64,000 nucleotides of DNA from an uncultured delta proteobacterium (GTDB lineage: Bacteria; Desulfobacterota; Binatia; UBA9968), in the NCBI GenBank assembly GCA_963811315.1, contig CAWERH010000042.1, positions 53,247 to 117,246 on the forward strand, written 5' to 3'. A program made the position numbers and the translations under genes. The notes under the pieces are model-generated. The model was not told the origin of the DNA. It searched no databases and worked only from the letters and a program-made list of their open reading frames with translations. Shown one piece after another: positions 10,700 to 20,332 of this stretch; the stretch's first letter is position 1, and every line of letters starts with the position of its first letter.

Positions 10700-11702
10700 A
10701 TGACCGGCTATTTCGTCCAACGGCTCGCGGGAACCCTCCCGGTCTTGCTGCTCATCAGCCTGCTGGTGTTTCTGTTGATTCACGCCGCGCCCGGCGACCC
10801 GACGCTGCTCCTGCTCGGCGAGGAAACCAACGCCGCCGAAGTGGCCAGGGCGAAAGAACGTTGGGGCTTGGATCAGCCGATCTACATTCAATATTTGAAA
10901 TTTCTCCGAGTCGGCCGCGGTGGGAGATTTCGGCAAATCTTTCAAGTACGCCGAACCGGTGATCCGCGTCATCACGTCGCGCCTGCCCGCGACTATCGAG
11001 CTGGCCATCTTTGCGATCATCATCGCGACGCTGCTGGCGATTCCGCTCGGCGTGTGGGCCGGCGCGCGACCCAACTCGTGGATCGACAATCTCGGCACCA
11101 CCGTCGGCCTGTTCGGCATCAGCATGCCGAGCTTCTGGTTAGCGATCATGTTGATTCTTTTGCTCGCCGGCGTTCTGAACATACTGCCTACGTCCGGCCG
11201 CAGCACCTACGGCATCGCCGGCCCGGAGCAGAGCGGATTCTATATTCTCGACAGCATCCTGCAAAACAATTGGGCTGCGGTCGGCGACGCGCTGACTCAT
11301 GTCTTCATGCCGGCCTTGGCGCTCGGCGTGAACATGCTCGGCATTCTGATGCGCGTTACGCGCTCGTCAATCCTCGAAGTCATGAACGAAGATTTCGTCC
11401 GCACTGCACGCGCTAAAGGTTTGCGAGAGAACAAGGTAGTTTGGCGCCACGTATCGAGCAACGCGCTGATTCCGGTGATCACGGTGGTCGGTTTGGAGCT
11501 CGGCACGCTGCTGAGCGGCTCGATCATCGTCGAAACGGTTTTCGCCTGGCCGGGCAGCGGCAGCTTGCTGATCACCGCGCTCAACGCCCGTGATTATCCG
11601 CTGGTCACCGGTCTGGTGATGACTTACACCATGGCGTTCGTGGCCATCAATCTTATTATCGACGGACTTTATGCCATCATTGACCCTCGAATCCGCTACT
11701 GA
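10700..11702 (+). CDS. ABC transporter permease (DppB/OppB-like), one frame break
   Basis: MTGYFVQRLAGTLPVLLLISLLVFLLIHAAPGDP.. then a switch near 10910 to GDFGKSFKYAEPV.., which continues to ..IIDPRIRY. Confidence 0.8.
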
Positions 11703-12558
11703 AAACCGCAACGGTGCGCTCGGCCAGCTTCTGCCGCGCTTGCACGTCAAAGCCTTTAGCGGCGGCACCATCGTGTTAATTTTTATTCTCATGGGGCTTT
11801 TCGGCCCGGCGCTGGCGCCCCACGATCCCAACAAGCAAGAGCTCACCGCCATGATGAAAGCACCGCAGGGCCTTCATTCCGCGCACGTGCTCGGCACCGA
11901 CAACCTGGGCCGCGATATTTTGAGCCGGATCATTTCCGGCTCGCGCGTATCGCTTCTGATCGCCTTCGCCGTGGTTTTCGTGTCGGGATTCATCGGCATC
12001 ACGCTCGGCGCGATCTCCGGCTATTTCGGCGGCAAAATCGATTTTTTGATTCAAAAACTGGTCGAGGTGGTCTGGGCATTTCCGCCGCTCTTGCTGGGTA
12101 TCACGATCATGGCGTTTCTCGGCCAGGGTCTCTTTAATTTAATTCTCGCGCTGGTCGCGCAACGTTGGATTCCCTACTGCCGCGTCGTGCGCGGTCAAAC
12201 GCTTTCTCTGCGCAGCCGCGACTTCATCACCGCCGCGCAGTGCTTGGGCGCGGGCAACCGCCGCATCATCACGCGCCATATAGTGCCCAACCTGATTCAG
12301 ACCTCGCTGGTGATCGGCACCTTCGCCATGGCATCGTCGATCATCGCCGAAGCGAGCTTGAGTTTTCTCGGCGTCGGCGTGCCGCCTGAGATTCCAACCT
12401 GGGGCACCATGCTCGCCGACGCGCGCATCTACATCAGCACCGCCTGGTGGCTGCCGCTATTCCCCGGTCTATGCATTTTCATTACCGTGCTCGGCATCAA
12501 CCTGCTCGGCGATGCGCTGCGCGACCTGCTCGATCCCAGACTGAAAAGAATGACTTAG
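11671..12558 (+). CDS. ABC transporter permease (DppC/OppC-like)
   Basis: 295-aa ORF with LAPHDPNKQ, LGTDNLGRDILSR and a binding-protein-dependent transport signature. The start codon is uncertain. No ATPase gene follows. Confidence 0.85.
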   Translation: MPSLTLESATENRNGALGQLLPRLHVKAFSGGTIVLIFILMGLFGPALAPHDPNKQELTAMMKAPQGLHSAHVLGTDNLGRDILSRIISGSRVSLLIAFAVVFVSGFIGITLGAISGYFGGKIDFLIQKLVEVVWAFPPLLLGITIMAFLGQGLFNLILALVAQRWIPYCRVVRGQTLSLRSRDFITAAQCLGAGNRRIITRHIVPNLIQTSLVIGTFAMASSIIAEASLSFLGVGVPPEIPTWGTMLADARIYISTAWWLPLFPGLCIFITVLGINLLGDALRDLLDPRLKRMT

Positions 12559-12702
12559 CCGTCAATCGGCCGTTACCAGCCGTTTAAGAACTCGGCAGTC
12601 GTCACTAGGTTCGCACAACCGAGTTACCGATAATCGCCAGCGGTCAAAGCCACCCCATAAAGTCGCGTTGATTCCACGGTTGACTGGTGTACATTAATTC
12701 GA

Positions 12703-14105
12703 ATGCGTAAGACCAAAATCGTTTGCACCATTGGACCGGCCACTTCATCGGACAAGATGATCGAGGGGTTGATGCGCGCCGGAATGAACGTCGCGCGTTT
12801 GAACTTCAGTCACGGGGATTACAGCTTTCACCGGCGCGTAATCCACACGATTCGCCAACTGGAGCGCAAGCTCGGACTTCCGGTGGCGATTCTGCAAGAT
12901 CTTCCCGGACCGAAGATCCGCATCGGCGCGGTCGCCGCCGACCGCGTGCGCCTCCAAACCCGCCACCCTTTCGTGCTTACGACGCGAAACATTCTCGGCA
13001 CCGAGCTTGCGGTCTCGGTGAATTTTTCCGCGCTGACCCGCTCAGTAAAAAAAGGCGATCCGATCTTGCTGGGCGATGGCGAAATCGAGCTCGAGGCTTT
13101 GCAGGTCAGCAAACACGAGGTCAAGTGCAGGATTATCGTCGGCGGCATTCTCGGTTCCCACAAGGGGATTCACTTTCCGCACAGCAGTCTCAACATCCGC
13201 GCGCTGACCAACGAGGACAAAAAAGATCTCGCCTTCGGCATTAAAGAAAAGGTCGACATGATCGCGCTGTCTTTCGTGCGCAACAGCCAGGATATCATTT
13301 ACGCGCGCCGCGAAATGCGCCAACGCGGCGCGACCATTCCGATCATCGCCAAGATCGAAAAACACGAAGCCGTGGATCAATTAGACGCCATTCTTGAAAA
13401 CGTCGACGGCATTATGGTGGCGCGCGGCGATTTAGGTTTGGAGATCGCTCAGGAACGGATTCCGGCGATTCAAAAAATGATGATCCGCAAAGCCAATCAC
13501 CTCGGCAAACCGGTGATCACGGCGACGCAGATGCTGCGCTCCATGGTTTGGAATCCGCGGCCCACGCGCGCGGAAGTGGCGGACATCGCCAATGCGATCC
13601 TCGACGGCACCGACGCGTTGATGCTCTCCGAGGAAACCGCTGCGGGCGATTACCCGCTGGATGCGGTCAAAATCATGGCGAAGGTCGCCGAGGAAACCGA
13701 GCAGATTCTCGAGCCGCGCGAGCGTTTCGCCGGCTTGGAAAAAACCATCCCGGAGGCGATCAGTGTCGGCGCCATCTCACTGGCCCGCGACCTGCACGTC
13801 AAAGCGTTTTTGATCCCGACGACTTCCGGCAGCACGGCGCGATTGATCGCGCGCTATCGACCGCATCAACCGATCATCGCGGTCAGCCCGAGCCACCAGA
13901 CGGTAAAAATGCTTTGTTTGGTATGGGGCGTCTGTCCCGTGCCGATCCGGGGCTTTAAAAGCACCGATGAGATGATGCGCATGCTGCAAAGGAAAGCGCT
14001 GGAAATCGGCGCCGTCAAACTGGGGATCTCGTCGCCATCACCGCCGGCCTGCCGCTGCATCAAGCCGGCACGACGAACATGATCACGGTCAAAGTGATCG
14101 AATAG
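12703..14105 (+). CDS. pyk: pyruvate kinase, one frame break near the 3' end
   Basis: MRKTKIVCTIGPATSS..MNVARLNFSHG..MVARGDLGLEI. After ..EIGAVKLG the tail DLVAITAGLPLHQAGTTNMITVKVIE is one frame over. The break sits at the G4 run 14022-14025. Confidence 0.85.
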
Positions 14106-14337
14106 AGCCACCGACATTTCCAAGCAAGATGGCCACTGCGTTAGCGCTCAGAACTCGATCAACTCCTGCAACGCCTGCATCGTGCCGATGTAGTTCAGAT
14201 CCCCTCCGACAATTGCACGCGAGTCGTGTAATTTCTCTCGAAAACGAGTTTCACTTTGCGGGCCTCTTTTTCTTCGCCTTGCATAGCTTGCCTGAATCGC
14301 GCTAAAAATGACCAGATACCTAGCGGAGGGAAATTCT

Positions 14338-15351
14338 ATGTCCGAAGCGCTTAAAGCTTTCGAAGAAGAACTGCAAAGCAAAAATTTCAAAGGCTACTGG
14401 CAAAACCAGCAGGGCGATGTCAATCGCGAGCCGGTGCCGTCTTTCGACGCTTGCTTTTGGAAAGGCAAAGACCTCTTTGCCGCCATGGAAAAAGCCGGCG
14501 ACGTGGTCGGCCTGGATGTCTCGTTTCGCCGCGTCATTCAACTATGGAACCCCGCGCTCAAGAATGGCACGTCGCGCACGCTGGTGCTCAATCTGCAACT
14601 GCTCAAGCCCGGTGAAAACGCTCTGTCGCACCGCCACATGGCCGGCGCGATCCGATTTATCCTGAAAGGCCACGGCACGCGATCTGATCGTCGAGGGCGA
14701 ATCCTTCGAGATCGGCGAAGGCGATTTCGTCACCACACCGAGCTGGACCTGGCACGATCACGAAAACCACGGTGAGAACATGATGTGGCTCGACGGCCTC
14801 GACGCGCCGCTGGTGAGATTGTTGGAAACCGATTTTCACGAGCCCGACCCGCGCAAAAAACAACCGGTGACCAAGCCGGAAGGTTACACGCTCGCCACCG
14901 TCGGCGCGCTGCGCCCGGCATGGATGAAAACGAACTCGATTCAGCCGCCGGCGTTTGCTACAAATGGGCGGACACGGAAAGTGCCTTGAACAAAGTCGGC
15001 GAGCAGCCCGGCGATCCTTACGACGGCATCGTGTTGGACTATGCCAACCCGATGACCGGAGGACCGACCCTGCCGACCATGGAGTGCCAGATTCACATGC
15101 TCCGCGCCGGCGAAAAAACCAAGAGCCATCGCCACACCAGTTCGGTCATCTATCATGTATGGCGCGGCAGCGGCGTCAGCTACGTCGGCGACAAGCGCTA
15201 CGAATGGGAGCAGGGCGACTCGTTCGTCGTGCCGCTGTGGAGTTTCCACCGCCACGAAAACACCTCCAAAGATCCGGCGATATTCTTCGTCATGACCGAC
15301 AAACCGTTGATGGACGCCATCGGCCACTATCGCGAAGACGCGCAAGCGTAA
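14338..15351 (+). pseudogene. gentisate 1,2-dioxygenase-like bicupin, 2 frame switches
   Basis: ggaggg SD and ATG at 14338. Cupin 1 (HRHMAGAIRFILKGHG / DLIVEGESFEIGEGDFVTTPSWTWHDHEN) is split near 14670. Cupin 2 (SHRHTSSVIYHVWRGSG..GDSFVVPLWSFHRHEN) is reached after a second switch near 14920-14950. Confidence 0.7.
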
Positions 15352-15370
15352 GCTCAGCGTTATCACCCAA

Positions 15371-15398
15371 GGGGCGCGGCATGCCGCGCCCCTTTTTT
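15371..15398 (+). terminator. Rho-independent terminator
   Basis: Perfect GC-rich palindrome ggggcgcggc at gccgcgcccc followed by tttttt, 20 nt after the dioxygenase stop. Confidence 0.8.
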
Positions 15399-15425
15399 AT
15401 AGCAAGCTCGAAAGGAATCAAGCTT

Positions 15426-16203
15426 ATGTTCAAGCTCGACCGCAAACTCGCCCCCGATGAATTCATCCAGACTTTTTTCGACGCCAACCGCCAAGATCAT
15501 CAACGTCCGCCGCATCCCTGGGAAGCGATCTTTCGCGAAGGCAAGTGCAACCAAGGAACAACTGCAAGGCTGGGGTAAGGAACGCTACTATTTCACCAAG
15601 CAGGTGCCGATCAAAGAATATTCGATCCTCTACAATTGCCCGCACGTCGACGTGCGCCGCATGTGGCTGCCTAAAGCTATCGAAGAAGAAGGTGAAGATC
15701 TAATCGGCGGGACCCACAAGCCGCATCCGGAATATTGGCTCGACGTCTGCGTCGGCATGGGCCTGGACCGCGAGTTCGTGAAGAATTCCGAGCCGCTCTT
15801 CGGCGTCAAGTTCGCCGTCGATAGCTTCGCCAACGCGGCGTTTAAAACTTCGTGGCTGCTCGGCGTTGCGGTCTCCGAAGGCGACGACACCGCCAAAGCG
15901 ATGACGCGCGACCTCGACACCTTTCGCAAGCATTACAAATGGGTGCCGGACGACGCATTGACGTTCTACAAGCTCCACGCCGATGTCGATGTCGAACACG
16001 GCGTGATCCGAAAAGAGATTTTAAAAAAGTACGCCGACACCAAGGAGCTGCAAGAAGCCTGCATCAACGCCCAGCTGATGAAAAACAACATGCGCCGGTC
16101 GATGGCGGACTGCATCTACATGGCCTACGTGGTGCAAGGCGAGCGAGTCGACGGGGCTCAACCGCGCGCGATTGCCGTCGGCGAAAGTTCGTTTCCGAGT
16201 TAG
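15426..16203 (+). CDS. PqqC/TenA-like (haem-oxygenase-fold) protein, one frame break near the 5' end
   Basis: MFKLDRKLAPDEFIQTFF..HPWEAIFREGK then a switch near 15545 to TKEQLQGWGKERYYFTKQVPIKEYSILYNCPHVDVRRMW.., resembling the PqqC family N-terminal signature. Confidence 0.6.
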
Positions 16204-16211
16204 ACCGATTG

Positions 16212-17183
16212 ATGACGCGCGCCTTCTTTTTGCTGCTCACACTCCTTGTGCCGTTAGCGCGGGAGCGAAGCGCCGAGGCCGCGCCGCTGCGCATCGCCTA
16301 CAGCTCGATCAGCGCCGCCATGCTGCCGCTGTTCGTCGCCAAGGACAAAAAGCTCTTCGACAAACATGGCGTCGACGTTGAACTGACTTACATCCGCGGC
16401 GTCGCCATCGAGGCGCTGATCGCTGGTGAAGTGCAGTTCGTGCGCGCCTCGCCGCCTTCGGTGATCCGCTCGACGCTACGGGGCGCCGATCTCGCAGTGA
16501 TCGCCAACACGATCAACGTGCCGCTGTTTTCTCTGATGACGCGCGCCGAATTGAAACGGCCGGAAGATATCAAGGGTAAAAAGCTCGGCGTCACCGGTCT
16601 CGGCGACTCGCCTGATTTCGTCCTGAGCATGATTCTCGATAAGTTCGGCCTGCAGCGCGGCAGCGATGTCACCGTGTTGGCGATCCGTGGCGGCATGCCC
16701 GACTTGATGATCGCCGTCAACAAAGGCTTCGTCGACGGCGGCATGATCTCGGCGCCGAGCAATCTGCGCGGCTTGAAGCTTGGACTCCGCGAGCTGATCG
16801 ACTCCGCCGAGCTCGGTGTGCCCTATCTCAACTCGCCGATGAGCACCCGACGTGCTTATATCAAAAGCAACCGCGACATCGTGCTCAGAGTTCTCCGCGC
16901 TTATCATCAGGGCGTGCAAGAAACCCACAACGACCGCGACGGCGCAACCAGAATTCTTGCCAAATACACCCGCGTCGCCGAACCCGAAATCCTCGCCGAA
17001 TCCTACCGCATCTACGGCCAGAAGCACTTACAGAAAACCATCCACGTCGACCTCGAAGGCGTCCGCCAACTGCTCAAGCATATCGGCAAAGAAGCCGCCG
17101 GCGCCAACCCGGCGAGTTTCGTCGATGCTTCGTTGGTGCAGGAGTTGGAAAAAGAAGGCTTCTTTCAGAAGAAAAACCAATAA
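16212..17183 (+). CDS. NitT/TauT-family (NMT1/THI5-like) solute-binding protein
   Basis: Signal peptide MTRAFFLLLTLLVPLARERSAEAAP, then LRIAYSSISAAMLPLFVAKDKKLFDKHGVDVEL. The upstream part of ORF 15852-17183 is Arg-rich overlap and was discarded. Confidence 0.8.
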   Translation: MTRAFFLLLTLLVPLARERSAEAAPLRIAYSSISAAMLPLFVAKDKKLFDKHGVDVELTYIRGVAIEALIAGEVQFVRASPPSVIRSTLRGADLAVIANTINVPLFSLMTRAELKRPEDIKGKKLGVTGLGDSPDFVLSMILDKFGLQRGSDVTVLAIRGGMPDLMIAVNKGFVDGGMISAPSNLRGLKLGLRELIDSAELGVPYLNSPMSTRRAYIKSNRDIVLRVLRAYHQGVQETHNDRDGATRILAKYTRVAEPEILAESYRIYGQKHLQKTIHVDLEGVRQLLKHIGKEAAGANPASFVDASLVQELEKEGFFQKKNQ

Positions 17184-17335
17184 CGCCCTCGTTGGGCTCT
17201 TCTCAGAATCCCCGAGATGCGCTCGCATCTCCACAGTTTACCGTGGTGCGGCACCGAAAAGTGAAGCAACGCATGGACAATGACGTAGTCGCCGACGGCG
17301 CGATCCATCTCCTCTGGGCGAAAAAACCAAAAAAA

Positions 17336-17359
17336 GGGCGCGATGAATCGCGCCCCTAC
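17336..17359 (+). repeat. REP-like palindromic element
   Basis: gggcgcga-tgaa-tcgcgccc followed by ctac, between convergent genes. Confidence 0.7.
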
Positions 17360-17387
17360 CGCACCTGCTTCGTGGTGTGAATTAGAC

Positions 17388-18356
17388 CTACGCGCCTTTG
17401 CGCTTCTTCAATTCTTCGATCAACTGCGGCACGACTTTGAAGAGGTCGCCGACGATGCCGAAGTCGGAGTACTGGAAGATCGGCGCTTCGGGGTCCTTGT
17501 TGATGGTGATGATGTACTTGGAGGTCTTCATGCCGGAGAGATGCTGTACGGCGCCGGAGATGCCGACGGCGAAATAGATGTCGGGTTTCACTGTCTTGCC
17601 GGTTTGGCCGATCTGCATCGAGTAGGGAACCCAGCCGGCATCGACTGCAGCACGACTGGCGCCGACCGCGGCGCCGAGCACATCGGCAAGTTCTTTCAGC
17701 ATGGCGAATTGCTCTTCGCCCTTGAGCCCGCGCCCGCCGGAAATGACGATCTTCGCGCCTTCGAGAGATGGCCCTTCGCGTTTGACGACCACGCGCTCGG
17801 TCATGTGCACTTTGCGCAAACCTTCATCCGACGCTGCCGCTACTTCTTCGACGGCCAGCGGTTGTTCGTTCACCTTCGGCTCGAAAGACTTTGGCCGCAC
17901 GACCAAGAGCTTGGTTCCGGGATTCACCAAGGTGCTCGTGTTTTGATAGCTCGCGCCGAGCGCGGGAATCGTCGCTTCGACGCTGCCGTCTTTCAATTGA
18001 AAATCGCCGACGTCGGTGATCGCGCCGCAATCGAGGCGCGCGCTCAAATTGGCGACCAGGTCACGGCCGGCATAACTCGACGCGAAGAGCATGACCGCAG
18101 GACTATATTTTTGAATCAATTCGGCGACGGTTTCGGCGGCGGGCAAGGTCAAGTAATCTTTATAGACTGCATCCGCGCAATGGTAAATTTTGCTCGCGCC
18201 ATGCTTGGCGAGAGTCTGCACGGCGTCTTCCTGCGCCGGGCCGAGCAGGATCGCTTCCGCTTTGCCGGCCTCGCTGGCCTTGGCCAGCATTTCGAGAGAA
18301 GTCGTGGTTATTTTGTCTTCGCTGATTTCAGCGTATACCCAGATTGTGTCCGCCAC
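17388..18356 (-). CDS. etfA: electron transfer flavoprotein subunit alpha
   Basis: 322-aa intact ORF with a GTG start and the FAD-binding C-terminal domain ([25 protein letters not shown]). Confidence 0.9.
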   Translation of the reverse strand: MADTIWVYAEISEDKITTTSLEMLAKASEAGKAEAILLGPAQEDAVQTLAKHGASKIYHCADAVYKDYLTLPAAETVAELIQKYSPAVMLFASSYAGRDLVANLSARLDCGAITDVGDFQLKDGSVEATIPALGASYQNTSTLVNPGTKLLVVRPKSFEPKVNEQPLAVEEVAAASDEGLRKVHMTERVVVKREGPSLEGAKIVISGGRGLKGEEQFAMLKELADVLGAAVGASRAAVDAGWVPYSMQIGQTGKTVKPDIYFAVGISGAVQHLSGMKTSKYIITINKDPEAPIFQYSDFGIVGDLFKVVPQLIEELKKRKGA

Positions 18357-19137
18357 TTAGATCACCTTGATTTCCGCAAGAAAGTCCGCGATCTGCTTGC
18401 CGCCTTCGCCTTCGTCGGTCACTGCTTTGCCCGCTTGGCGTTTGGCCGGCCGGCCGATGGTTAGCACTTTTTCCCGCGCGCCCTTCTCGCCGACCTGATC
18501 CGCCGCCAGACCGAGATCCGCTGCGGTATAAACTTTGATTTCTTTTTTCTTCGCCGCCATGATGCCCTTGAGCTGCGGATAGCGCGGTTCATTGATGCCG
18601 CTGCTGCAGGCCACCAGCGCAGGCAACGTAGCCTCGACGGTGTCGTAACCGCTCTCGCTTTGGCGCTTGATCGTGATCTTACCGCCGTCGACCACGATTT
18701 CTTTGGCGAACGTCAGCGGCGGCACGCCGAGAAAATAAGCGATCTGCCCGGGCACGATGCCGGAGTAACTGTCGCTGCTTTCCGTCGCGCAAATGACCAA
18801 ATCGAATTCTTGTTTCTTGATCGCAGCGGCCAAGAGTTTCGCCGTGCCGAGCGTATCGGAACCGGCCACGGCGTCGTCCAAAATATGCACTGCCGAAGTC
18901 GCGCCCATCGCCAAAGCGTTGCGAATGCCGATGGTGATGTCGCTGATGCCCATCGTCACAAGCGTCACTGTGCCGCCGTGCTTCTCGGTCAGGCGCAGCC
19001 CCTCTTCCACCGCGCTTGCCGCGGCCGGGATCAAGTTCGTGCGGCACGCCCTTGCGCATCATGCGCTTGGTGTTCGGGTCGATTTCGATGGTGACCGTGC
19101 TGGCGGGAATTACTTTACCGCAAACGACAACGTTCAA
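18357..19137 (-). CDS. etfB: electron transfer flavoprotein subunit beta, one frame break near the 5' end
   Basis: ggagag SD and TTG at 19137. NVVVCGKVIPASTVTIEIDPNTKRMMRKGVPHELDP then a switch near 19030 (short C/G runs) into AAASAVEEGLRLTEKHGGTVTLVTMG... The stop abuts the etfA start. Confidence 0.85.
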
Positions 19138-19183
19138 TGTTTCGCTCTCCCCTGGAACAGCGACTTGACGGTCGCTGATAAAC

Positions 19184-19212
19184 AAAGGCGCCTAGAAAAT
19201 CCAGGCGCCTTT
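19184..19212 (-). terminator. probable intrinsic terminator after the 63-aa ORF
   Basis: 10-bp perfect stem aaaggcgcct/aggcgccttt with a 9-nt loop. On the minus strand it is followed by gtttat. Confidence 0.6.
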
Positions 19213-19247
19213 GACAAACCTTTGGTTGACGCGATGTTGAAGGCGGC

Positions 19248-19439
19248 TCAGGCAAGCCACTCTTTCACATTGCCTTCCATGACAACGTCCAAAATCTCCT
19301 TGCAGTCGGCAATCGACTGGTCGACGATTTTCGGATCGTCCTTGAGATGCGGTATGCCGGCGCCCACCGCTTTTTTTATCCCTTGAATAAATTCCTTAAA
19401 CTGCTGATCTAAGGCTTCTGTGTTAGCTGCTGGTTCCAT
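19248..19439 (-). CDS. hypothetical small acidic protein (63 aa), co-transcribed with the PaaA-like gene
   Basis: Starts 18 nt after the upstream stop and is preceded by gggagag. I recognise no motif. Confidence 0.5.
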   Translation of the reverse strand: MEPAANTEALDQQFKEFIQGIKKAVGAGIPHLKDDPKIVDQSIADCKEILDVVMEGNVKEWLA

Positions 19440-19457
19440 AGCTTTTCTCTCTCTCCC

Positions 19458-20180
19458 TTATGTATAAAGCCGGCCCTTGTTGGGATCGGGGAGCGTGAGT
19501 CCCATTTTTAAGATCAGCGCGTCGATCTCGTCCTTATATGCCTGGCGCGCCACTGCGTTGGGCCGGCGCTTCAAACCCCAGAACATGTATCGTTCGGAAC
19601 GGTACGACTTGGAGTTGCCAAACATATCCAGGCCTTTTACGTACCAGTAGTCCACCGCTTTTTGAACGCGTTCCTTCGACTCTCCGCCTTTTGCCGCGAA
19701 TTCGGCGGCCGCGTTGGTGCCGAAGTCGACATGGCCCTCTTCTTCGCGGATGATGTCCGGATCCTCGACCACACGGGCCAGCGGCAAATACGTGCAGCCG
19801 AGAAATTCTTCAAGCTGAAATCGACCTACGCGATCGACGAGAAAGCCAAATACGGCATAATCTTCCCATGTGGTGATTTCGCCGCGAAACGCTTCAACGT
19901 ATCTTTCTTGATTGGTCCGGCTGAGCGTGTAGGAAACATCCACCCCGATATCGCCGGCCAAACGCGCCATTTTTCTGAAATGATCCATTTCTTCCGCCGC
20001 GGTGCGCGCCACGATTAGCTGGTCCAACTTGGTGGGCGCCGTCGGCAGAATATGCTTCACGTAAAGATTGGGTCCGCCGATCTCGCAATCGGCCTGAATC
20101 GCCAGCACTCGGCGCAATAAGTCCTGATATTCCGGGTCTTGTTTTTCGAAATCTTTCAAATCGACTTTGTCGGTGAACAT
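19458..20180 (-). CDS. PaaA/PaaC-family ferritin-like di-iron oxygenase subunit
   Basis: 240 aa with ADCEIGG, AAEEMDH (ExxH), QLEEF and REEEGH (ExxH) ligand pattern, and PaaA-like N-terminal context. Confidence 0.7.
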   Translation of the reverse strand: MFTDKVDLKDFEKQDPEYQDLLRRVLAIQADCEIGGPNLYVKHILPTAPTKLDQLIVARTAAEEMDHFRKMARLAGDIGVDVSYTLSRTNQERYVEAFRGEITTWEDYAVFGFLVDRVGRFQLEEFLGCTYLPLARVVEDPDIIREEEGHVDFGTNAAAEFAAKGGESKERVQKAVDYWYVKGLDMFGNSKSYRSERYMFWGLKRRPNAVARQAYKDEIDALILKMGLTLPDPNKGRLYT

Positions 20181-20332
20181 CGATGCCCTCCCGTTTGATG
20201 ACTAATTGTAGGCGTATCTTAGTAACGAAAATCACTAACAAAACGGCCTGGATAAATCAACCGGAGGAGCCGCTCTTCCGCTTTACTGAGTTCGGCGTTT
20301 TCATTACACTGCGGGCGTTCGGACTTTCGCCC

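Noticed and set aside
14148-14390. 80-aa minus-strand ORF
   Set aside because: It overlaps the dioxygenase start and its SD. It has no motif and no ribosome-binding site.
15852-16211. Arg-rich 120-aa N-terminal extension of the binding-protein ORF
   Set aside because: It overlaps the PqqC-like gene in another frame. A signal peptide begins at the Met at 16212.
17343-18464. 373-aa plus-strand ORF
   Set aside because: It is antisense to a clear etfA gene. Its composition is Arg/Gly/Ala/Asp-rich and low in complexity, as is typical of GC-rich shadow frames.
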